NCBI GenBank assembly: GCA_951406725.2
Contig: OX597839.1
Location: 13,764,001-13,828,000 of the forward strand
Origin: Octopus vulgaris
Lineage: Eukaryota
DNA: 64,000 bases
Direction: 5' to 3'
Shown piece after piece: positions 54,447-64,000 of this stretch (positions within the stretch are counted from its first letter, which is position 1; the number at the start of each line of letters is the position of its first letter). Made by a program: the position numbers and the translations under genes. Under the pieces are notes generated by a model. The model saw only the letters and a program-made list of their open reading frames with translations. It did no database searches and was not told where the DNA came from.

Positions 54447-54680
54447 TGCTGACAATTATCCATCGTAAGTTATTCATTTTATTATATATATACAAAAACA
54501 CACACACACACACGCATATATATAGGCGCAGGCGTGGCTGTGTGGTAAGTAGCTCGCTTACCAACCACATGGCTCCGAGTTCAGTCCCATTACGCGGTAA
54601 GTGTCTTCTACTATAGCCTCGGGCCGACCAACGTCTTCTAAGTTAGATTTGGTAGACGGAAACTGAAAGAAGCCCATCGC

Positions 54681-54740
<60 letters not shown>

Positions 54741-55298
54741 ATGCATGTATGTATGTATGTATGTATGTATGTATGTATGTATGTATGTATGTATGTATGT
54801 ATGTATGTATGTGGCACCTTGGGAATGTGTCTTCTACTATTGCTTCCAGCCGTCCAAAGTCTTGCGAGTGGGTTTGGTATATATTAATAAGGACTGGACG
54901 TTTCCTATATCTCTCTCTTCTATCCTTTCTCTTGTCAAAGAAAACATTTCTCCAGCGTTTGCTATTTTACCGTCGTTCTGGTCCAACGACCCTCCATGTT
55001 TGTTTTCGTTCAGTTTCTTTGTATGTCTCCACTGTCCTGTTTTTGTTACCGACTTTGACCATCCATAAATTATAAATTTTATTTTGGTACTCATGGTAGC
55101 AACTATCGTCGAAGACTCATATTGTCTTTCAAAGCTCGAAATGAGGACTAGATAGTCAGCCGACAACTGATGAAGGGTCCTTCTTCATGTTACTTGTCCT
55201 GTTTTCCATTTGTTTCTCTCGATGTTTGCGTATTGAAATCTTCTATTTTCGTATTTCATGTATACTGTTGGTGACGTTTTGTACTCATATATGGTGTG

Positions 55299-55411
<113 letters not shown>

Positions 55412-55416
55412 ATGAA

Positions 55417-55738
55417 GGCGGGTGGCTTAGTGGTTAGGGCATTCAGCTCACGATTGCAAGGTCGTGAGTTCGATTCCCGGTGACGCGTTGTGTCCTTGAG
55501 CAAGACACTTTATTTCACGTTGCTCCAGTCCACACTCAGATGGCAAAAATGAGTAGTACCTGTATTTCAAAGGTCCGGCCTTGTCACACTCTGTGTCATG
55601 CTGAATCTCCCTGATAACTACATTAGGGGTACGCGTGTCTGTGGATTGCTCAGTCACTTGCACGTTAATTTCACGAGCTGGCTGTTCCATTGATCGTATC
55701 AGCTGGGACCCTCGTCGTCGTAACCGACAGAGCGCTCC
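55417..55738 (+). mobile_element. tRNA-headed SINE family D (different tail)
   Basis: ggtggcttagtggttagggc..gagttcgattcc A/B boxes; gtgtccttgagcaagacact body. Confidence 0.8.
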
Positions 55739-55934
55739 TATATAGATATATAGATAAGAAAGTTGGTTTGTGAAAGCACGTGGTTGAATATATAGAAAAT
55801 AGTAAAAAGTGAAAAAACTACAGAAGGCTTAAATGTTAAAAAATATATATTTGCGTCAATATGTCTGAAGAATATTAAAAAAATTTTTGAAGAATATTAA
55901 AAAAATTTTTTTCTCTTATAATGACATAATTTAG

Positions 55935-55973
55935 AAGAAAGACCGGTTTCGCGTTTAGCTTTTCAAATTTCTT
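55935..55973 (-). ncRNA. Hammerhead-like motif, U3:A8 variant, in the pLTR
   Basis: aagaaa-t-TTGAAAA-gc(taaac)gc-GAAA-ccgg-TC^tttctt. Confidence 0.65.
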
Positions 55974-56018
55974 GCGACGTTATGTTTATGTTGAATAGGG
56001 TTATCGTTATGTTTATGT

Positions 56019-57125
56019 TCAAAAGAGTTCTAAATAAGGGGAGGTAATGAGTGATTTCTTCCGGTGTAAGGGAGATAATCGCTTAAAAATTTTTTCCTTT
56101 CCCTTGGTGTGAGAATTTCTCTGTATCAGTATGTTGGGATGGTTAAGTCTGGGCTTGTACTTTTCAATGAAGAATGTTTCCTTGTTTAGTCTAATTTGTG
56201 TTGATGATCCGATAGCACATTGGTAAAATGGAAAGATTAAAAATTGTGGTAGTAGTTGCTTTGCGCATTTCTCAATGTGCTCACTAAAAGGTATCATTCT
56301 GTATTCTGGGAATGCAATCTGTTGTCGATGCAGTGTGCATCTACGTCTGAGTGATAGTCCCGTGGATCCCACGTAGTCTTGGTGGCAGCCCGAGCATTTT
56401 ATGACATAAATTATGTTTTCAGAGGCACAAGTAAAGTTAGATTTGATCTTGAATTTCTGTCCCTCTTTAAAGAGGAATTCTGATCCTTCTAGCAGGTTTG
56501 GACATGTTGCACAGTTCGATCTACCGCATTTTTTTACTTTTGCATCCGTAATATCAGAAGACAATTTTGCCTTTGTGAGAATCTTTTTAAGTGATTTAGG
56601 TTGTTTGTAGCTTTTAATGATTTGGTGTATGTTTAGAATTTCCTTTAATTTGGGGTCCTTATGAAGTATTGGTAAATTCTGGGTGATGATAGTGAAGGCT
56701 TCTTTGTTTCTGGGGTTGTATGTAGATATGTAAGGTAGTATTTTCGGGGAAGGTGTGTTGTTGTGTTGAACTTTTCTTAAAGTTTCCATGTTGATTTCTG
56801 TTGCTCGTCTGATCCCATCCTCTATGAGTTGAGCTGGGTAATGTCTGTCAATTAGGGTGTTTTTGAGTTCTTGCAGTCTAAAGTTCCTGGTATTTTGTTC
56901 TGACACTATTGTGCATATCCTTCTTGCAAGGTTGAAGGGGATGTTTGTTTTAGTGTGTCTTGGGTGGCATGAATTAAAAAGAAGGTATTGTTTGGCGTCT
57001 GTGGCTTTGTAAAAAATGTCTGTTTCTATTTTAAGGTTAATTTTTTTAATTAGTATATCCAAGAACGGGAGCTCCTTTTGGTTGTATTCCATTGTGAACT
57101 GTATATTTGGGTTTATGCTGTTCAA
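56019..57125 (-). CDS. Penelope-like RT C-terminus/thumb + GIY-YIG endonuclease (5'-truncated)
   Basis: NIQFTME..LPFLD..YKAT..SCHP; CxxxxCxxC linker; NIIYVIKCSGCHQDYVGST..RRRCTLH..E..FIEKYKPRLN. Confidence 0.92.
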   Translation of the reverse strand: MNSINPNIQFTMEYNQKELPFLDILIKKINLKIETDIFYKATDAKQYLLFNSCHPRHTKTNIPFNLARRICTIVSEQNTRNFRLQELKNTLIDRHYPAQLIEDGIRRATEINMETLRKVQHNNTPSPKILPYISTYNPRNKEAFTIITQNLPILHKDPKLKEILNIHQIIKSYKQPKSLKKILTKAKLSSDITDAKVKKCGRSNCATCPNLLEGSEFLFKEGQKFKIKSNFTCASENIIYVIKCSGCHQDYVGSTGLSLRRRCTLHRQQIAFPEYRMIPFSEHIEKCAKQLLPQFLIFPFYQCAIGSSTQIRLNKETFFIEKYKPRLNHPNILIQRNSHTKGKEKIFKRLSPLHRKKSLITSPYLELF

Positions 57126-57140
57126 TAAACATAACGTCGC

Positions 57141-57179
57141 AAGAAATTTGAAAAGCTAAACGCGAAACCGGTCTTTCTT
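57141..57179 (+). ncRNA. Inverted duplicate of the pLTR hammerhead-like motif
   Basis: Identical sequence in the inverted pLTR. Confidence 0.65.
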
Positions 57180-57313
57180 CTAAATTATGTCATTATAAGA
57201 AAAAAAAAATTTTTTTAATATTCTTCAAAAATTTCTTTGATATTCTTCAGACATATTGACGCAAATATATATTTTTTAACATTTAAGCCTTCTGTAGTTT
57301 TTTCACTTTTTAC

Positions 57314-57391
<78 letters not shown>

Positions 57392-58211
57392 AGGTATGTA
57401 TATAAACGACGGGCTTCTTTCAGTTTCCGTCTACCAAACTCACTTTGGACGGCCCGAAGCAATAGTAGAAGACACATGCCCAAGGTGCCACGCAATTGGA
57501 CCGAACCCGGATCCGTGTAGTTGGGAAGCAACCGCCTTACAACACAGCTACTCCTACTGTGTATATGTTTGTGTATATATAAATATATATACACATGTAC
57601 ATATGTATATATACATACATTTATTATGCATACATGCATATATATATATGCATACATACACATGTGTATATATATATATGTCATACATAGATAACTACAT
57701 ATACATGTACATATAATATATATTATATATTTATGTATATGTGTATATATATACACACACACATATATATATAGATATACACATACATACACGCGTGTGA
57801 GAGTGTGGTTGGAGAGGAAGTCAGAGAGACAAAGAGGAGGTGAGCAAGAGAGAAAGGGATGGTTGGATGTTGTATATTCTAAACGTGACTTAAAACCCTT
57901 TCATAGGAGTTTTCTTGTTACTGTTGTTGCTGTGTCAGTGGTACGGGATGGGAGGAAGCCATATTAAATGTTGATAGCAATGTAAGCGGCGTTTTTTATA
58001 TGTCTCTGCAACGAGAGGGGTCGGTCACCGGTTTCCACTCAGGAAGAGGAGTGCAGATTGTTATCCATGCATGTCTAAGAATATGAAAAAAGTATGCGAA
58101 CACAGACGGGTGTTACGTTAATGTGTGTCTTTGGATTGTTATATGACACTGTGTGAATATAGCTATACATGTATATGTGTTTCTGTGCGGGAAAACAATG
58201 TGTGAGTGTGG

Positions 58212-58242
<31 letters not shown>

Positions 58243-58272
58243 TGTATGTATGTATGTATGTATATGTGTGTG

Positions 58273-58317
<45 letters not shown>

Positions 58318-58336
58318 CTATCTATCAATATACATA

Positions 58337-58499
58337 GGCGCAGGATTGGGTTCGTGGCATGTAGCTTGTTTACCAACCACATGGTTCCGGGTTCAGTCCC
58401 ACTGCGTGGCACCTTGGGCAAATGTCTTCTACTATACCCTCGGGCCGACCAAACCCTTGTGAGTGGATTTGGTAGACGGAAACTGAAAGAAGCCCGTCG

Positions 58500-58530
<31 letters not shown>

Positions 58531-59169
58531 TGAGATAGGGGTTGTGAGTGCATCCCACTATGGGATAACATGTATCCAATATACTGCAAGTAAAGCACCC
58601 AACAAAGTTAATACATAAATGTTAAGAATTGCGATGCAATCAATTCATTCACTGTATTATATGGGCAAAGGTAAAATGTTCTAATATATTGTCTTGACCA
58701 ACTGTAACCTTGAATATAGAACATATGTATGTATATTGCTGTATATTATTATTATGTATATGTATATACATATGTATAGGAATATGGGTATATGCACTCA
58801 TATGTATGTGTATATTATATATTATAGGTATGTACCCACTCTTATATGAGTGTACCTCCTCTGATTTTCATGTTTAATTTAGTTTGTTCTTCATAATCTC
58901 TGAAGAGCCCTTGGGATATTTTTGTAAGTGTCTCATTTATAACTACATATTAACCTATCACACATGGCTAATATGAGCATAATGAGGCACCCATATCTGC
59001 ATGGCTGAAACAGCTGTAAGATGTAGTTTATATTTATATTTGTATTTATTTATATTCACTTATACATACTGTACTTATTGTTTCTTATTACTCATTGATG
59101 TACATTGTTTTGTTCTATATTATTATGTTGATTATTGATTAAGATGTATTTCTCCATTTCCTTATTTTG

Positions 59170-59235
<66 letters not shown>

Positions 59236-59420
59236 GGTGGGTCTATGTTTCTCCTCACAACATCGCTTGTGTTTAAGTCCCCGTATCTTAGCAGTTCGGC
59301 AAAAGATCCCGATAGAATAAGTACTAGGCTTACAAAGAATGAGCACCGAGGTCGATTTACTCGACTAAAGGCGGTGCTCCAGCATGGCTGCAGTCAAATG
59401 ACTTAAACAAAAGAATAAAA
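58337..59420 (+). mobile_element. SINE A split by a hammerhead cassette inserted in its internal (TA)n
   Basis: Head 58337-58500, (TA)n, insert ~58528-59170, (TA)n, tail 59235-59420. Confidence 0.8.
58896..59022 (+). ncRNA. Type-I hammerhead with long stem II (relative of 16151-16262), base of stem II imperfect
   Basis: atct-CTGAAGA-gccc..gtgtctcatt..aatgaggcac..ggct-GAAA-cagctg-TA^agat. Confidence 0.72.
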
Positions 59421-59505
59421 GATTATGTGTACGAGTGAGAGTGTGTATGTATATATATGTATATATATTTTTATATATGTATATTCATATCTATATGCAT
59501 ACATA

Positions 59506-59549
<44 letters not shown>

Positions 59550-59599
59550 CTATACTCATACATCATATACATATATACATATTACATATATATCTCTTT

Positions 59600-59990
59600 T
59601 TTTTTTCTTTTACTTGTTTCAGTCATTTGACTGCACCCATACTGGAGCACCGCCTTTAGTCGAGCAAATCGACCCCAGGACTTATTCTTTGTAAGCCTAG
59701 TACTTATTCTATCGGGGTCTTTTGCTGAACCACTAAGTGAGGGTGACGTAAACACACTAGCATCAGTTGTCAAGCGATGTTGGTGGGGACAAAAACAGAC
59801 ACACAAACATACACAGACATACATATATGCATATATATGACGGGCTTCTTTCAGTTTCCGTCTACCAAATCCACTCACAAGGCTTTGGTCGGCCCGAGGC
59901 TATAGTAGAAGACACTTGCCCAAGGTGCCACGCAGTGGGACTGAACCCGGAACGTTGTGGTTCATAAGCAAGCTACTTGCCACACAGCCA
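59600..59990 (-). mobile_element. SINE family A
   Basis: Near full-length match. Confidence 0.9.
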
Positions 59991-59993
59991 TTC

Positions 59994-60065
<72 letters not shown>

Positions 60066-60113
60066 TGTGTATTGTATATGGAAAAAGTAAAAAACTGAAA
60101 AAAAGGATGATAT

Positions 60114-60146
<33 letters not shown>

Positions 60147-60478
60147 ATAATAAATATTAGGGAATAAATCCAAATTAAAGGGGAAAAAAATCAGATTTAG
60201 GATTAAATCCAATTTTATAGTAAAATATTATATAATATTAATACGAGACATTAATATTATATATATATATATATATATATGTATTTCTTTATGTATGTAT
60301 GTATATACATATAGATAATATGTATGTATATCTATCTTTATATAGATGTATTTAAGCATATATACTTATACATATATATTTGTGTAAATATATATGTGTG
60401 TATTCATGTATGCATATAAATATATATCCACGCATATATATGCATTTGTGTGCGCTGTGTGTATATGTAAAGGGCAAG

Positions 60479-60515
<37 letters not shown>

Positions 60516-60991
60516 ATATATATATATGTATATATATGTGTATATATATATATATGTATATAGATATGTGTATATATATATATATATATTTATATATATG
60601 TGTATATATATATGTGTGTATATATATATTACACACACACGTGGTGGTGATACATATACGATAAATCTAGTCACTTGCATGTGTCTTTATGTGTGTGTCT
60701 GCGTGTGTGTCTGGGTGTGTCTGTGTGTGTTTGTGTTCCGACTGAAGTGCGTATAGCTATGACGAGACGAGCTGTGGGAGGATAAGGAGGAAACGACATG
60801 ATGGCTTACGTGACGTACAGCATGTCAAGATCGAACGCGGCTTTTACATTACTTTCAAGCACCCCCTCTCTCTTTCTCTTTCTCTCTCTCCATCACACAC
60901 ACACACACACACACACACAGGTCATAACATTCCACTACATAGAAAATCTGTGTACACGCACACGCAACAATGCATATAATACGATGACAAC

Positions 60992-61499
60992 TATGTATGT
61001 ATGTATGTATGTATGTATGTATGTGTATGTATGTGTATGTATGTGTGTATGTATGTATGTATGTGTGTATGTGTATGTATGTATGTATGTATATGTATGT
61101 ATATGTGTGTATGTATGTATATGTGTGTATGTATATGTGTGTATGTATGTATGTGTATGTGTGTATGCATGTATGTATGTATGTGTGTATGTATGTGTGT
61201 ATGTATGTATGTATGTATGTGTGTATGTATGTATGTGTGTATCTATGTATGTATGTATGTATGTATGTATGTACGTGTGTGTATGTATATACGTATGTTG
61301 CATGTGTGTATGTATGTATGTGTATGTATGTATGTATGTATGTATGTATGTATGTATGTATGTATGTATGTATGTATGTAGGTATGCATGTGTGTATGTG
61401 TGTCTATGTATATACGTATGTATGTCTATGTGTGTATGTATGTATGTATGTATGTATGTATGTGTGTATGTATGTGTGTATGTATGTATGTATGTATGT
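60992..61499. repeat. (TATG/TG)n compound microsatellite
   Basis: Seen directly. Confidence 0.95.
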
Positions 61500-61800
61500 C
61501 GGAGGGTGGTGCTGTACCGAAAATAGAGGAGGATAAGTTAATTCTTTTATTCTTTTCCTTGTTTCAGTGATTTGACTGCGGCCATGCTGGAGCACCACCT
61601 TGAAGGGTTTTAGCCAAACAAATCGCCAAACCCCACCACGGACATCAAGGACATATTTTCTTTTAAGGCCGCGTACTTATTCTATCGAACCTTTTGACGA
61701 ACCGCTAGATTCCGAGCACGTAAGCAGACGATCACCGGTTGTCAAGCGACGATGGCGGGGTAGGGGTGGGGGCAGACACAAAGACACATGTATATAGATA

Positions 61801-62361
61801 CCGCAAATCCTCGAGTATAGTCCGCCCTTGAGTATAATACGCAGGAGATTTTTAGGGGACTGTACCTCTGAAAAACCTAAACCTTGTGTATAATACGCAC
61901 CCCTTCTCTAACTTGAGTCAAGGAGGTCTATATAACGTCCTTGGTTTGTAAAAATGTATACGCTAACGTCCTTTATTATTATTGTATATATAACATAATG
62001 CAAACGTGTAGCTTTTTTGTGCATTTTGTTTGCAGTTGCAAAACAAATATATAATAGTAATAACAGTAATAACGTTAAATAAATGTTGCTTACTGCAAGT
62101 TATGGATGATTCTTTTATGATTTCATTGCTTTCAGGTTTAGCTTAAGGTATTTTCGCGCCCGACATCACAAAATGCGTCAGAATAAACATTGCCGGACAG
62201 CAAATAGAGACTCGGACATTGCTTAGAAAATAATTTTCATTTTTAACCTCGGACATTGCTGAGAAAATAATTTTCATTTTTAACCTCGTATATAGTACGC
62301 ACTAGGGATTTTGACCTTTAAAGTTTGGGAAAAAATGCGGTTTATACTCGAGGATTTACGG
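61801..62361. mobile_element. Tc2-like MITE inserted between the halves of a minus-strand SINE A
   Basis: TIRs ccgcaaatcctcgagtata / tatactcgaggatttacgg; SINE halves at 61545-61790 and 62403-62540. Confidence 0.8.
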
Positions 62362-62580
62362 TGTATATACGGTAATTGTTCAGTTTAGGGATATTAAAAA
62401 AGTCGGCCCGAGGTTATAGTAGAAGACACTTGCCCGAGGCTATAGTTGAAGACACTTGCCCAAGGTGCCATGCAGTGGGACTGAACCCGGAACCATGTGG
62501 TTGGTAAGCAAGCTACTTACCACAGTGCCACTCCTGCGCCATACCTATGTGTATGCATGTGGGTGGCGTCCACGGTTGTG

Positions 62581-63393
62581 GACTATTCTGCAGAGACCTG
62601 AATAAGTGGATACCCGAAGGAGTAATATCTGGTGAATATGGAGGGTGAGGTAACACATCCCAGCCAAGCTGCATCAATTTTTATCTGGTTCCCAAAACAT
62701 CAAGTGCCGAAAATGAACTTTCTTATCTTCCATTTTAAAGGGTTACAGAATTAACACGGGTTATAGGATCATAAACCTTCTTCCACGAAAAGATAGCTTA
62801 AACTGTGCTCTAAATGGAGGTGTAGTCAAATCCTATTTTATGGACTCAACCATGTTCTAAAACAAGTCGAAAGGTAAGCTACTGTAAATCGGCACGAACT
62901 TTCCGGACAACCCAATAGATTGACAGTGCCAGAATAGGCGCTGGTGTTGCGCTTAGCCAGTGAGCTTGTTAAGAGAAATATCTATTAGTGACAAAGGCAG
63001 TATTAATTTCGAGAGGTAATATATATCCCCACTTAAACGTGAATGTTCTGTTTGAACAAATTTTACTGCGGTAGTTACCATAAGAGTGCCCATCATTGAC
63101 AAGATCAAACAAGGTCAAAATCACGTGATCTGATGATCTCGGCGCTGGCGGTAGCGGGGATTTAGTAAAAATTTCAATTCCTTGGATGATGTAAAAAGAT
63201 ACCTTGATGAATTCTTTGCCATGAAACCACCTCAATTCTGGGAAGAGGGTATTTTTTTCAAGTTAAAAGAAAGATGGAGACGCATTGTGCAACGAAATGG
63301 TTCATATTTGGTTGATTAAAAATGTAATGGCAAGTATTTATTGACCTTTTTCTTTCCTTTAAAAATCGACACGAACTTCCAGACAACCCAATA
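62581..63393. mobile_element. Deleted mariner broken into oppositely oriented halves
   Basis: 62581-62916 (minus, 5' TIR to SLQNS) and ~63161-63393 (plus, KNFNSLDDVK to 3' TIR). Confidence 0.85.
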
Positions 63394-63416
63394 TATATCG
63401 CTTGCGCCTATGCAAA

Positions 63417-63648
63417 GGCGGCGAGCTGGCAGAACCGTTAGCACGCCGGGCGAAATGCTTAGCAGTATTTCTTCTGTTTTTACGTTCTGGGTTCAAATTC
63501 CGCCGAAGTCGATTTTGCCTTTCATCCTTTCGGGGTCGATAAATTAAGTACCAGTTACGCAATGGGGTCGATGTAATCGACTTAATCCGTTTGTCTGTCG
63601 TTGTTTGTCCCCTCTGTGTTTAGCCCCTTGTGGGTAGTAAAGAAATAT
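63417..63648 (+). mobile_element. Full-length SINE family C
   Basis: GGCGGCGAGCTGGCAGAA head to gtagtaaagaaata tail. Confidence 0.92.
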
Positions 63649-64000
63649 ATATATCGCTTGTAGGGAGATGAATTGCTGCTATTCCTAGCGGTCGAGTGCC
63701 CGTCATTGACAAGACCAAACAAGGTCGAAATCACGTGGAGGTAGCGAGGATGTATCACTCTGTTAGCGAAATAAACAAGAGTAAAATTTGCAGCAAAGAA
63801 ACCAATGTGAGAGTTTCTCTCGTAGAAACTACCGTAGTAGTTACTGCGTAGCTTGTTCTGATAGAAGATCCACGTTTAGGCGGGGATAGATATTACCTTT
63901 CAGTTTTAATACTGCCTCTGTCGCAAATACACACACACACACACACATACACACACACACACACACACACGCAAGCAGACACGTACAGCACACAAATACA

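Larger units (their letters stand above)
55750..57322 (-). mobile_element. 5'-truncated Penelope-like element with an inverted pseudo-LTR
   Basis: RT C-terminus + GIY-YIG ORF; ~200-bp inverted repeat 55790-55990 / 57125-57322. Confidence 0.92.

Overview
Animal genomic DNA, very rich in microsatellites and transposons, with no recognisable host protein-coding gene. The SINE families and (TA)n/(CA)n density suggest an octopus or other coleoid cephalopod; this is inference, not a database result. Most ORFs in the track are microsatellite artefacts. The coding remnants all come from mobile elements: a Helitron with a PIF1 helicase fragment, three CR1/L2-group LINEs, degenerate RLE-type (R4/Dong-like) and L1/Tx1-like LINE pieces, Penelope-like elements (RT/GIY-YIG) and mariner fragments. 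Non-coding elements include at least four tRNA-headed SINE families and three MITE families. The most notable observations are: (i) at least 8 type-I hammerhead ribozyme folds, several in short non-coding cassettes inside (TA)n tracts, some with very long stem II and some with a U3:A8 core variant; (ii) a full-length U6 snRNA copy fused to a full-length SINE inside a (CA)n tract; (iii) two LINE/SINE pairs sharing 3' tails; (iv) SINEs inserted into older copies of themselves at recurrent junctions. Coordinates were read by eye, so ends may be off by a few bases.
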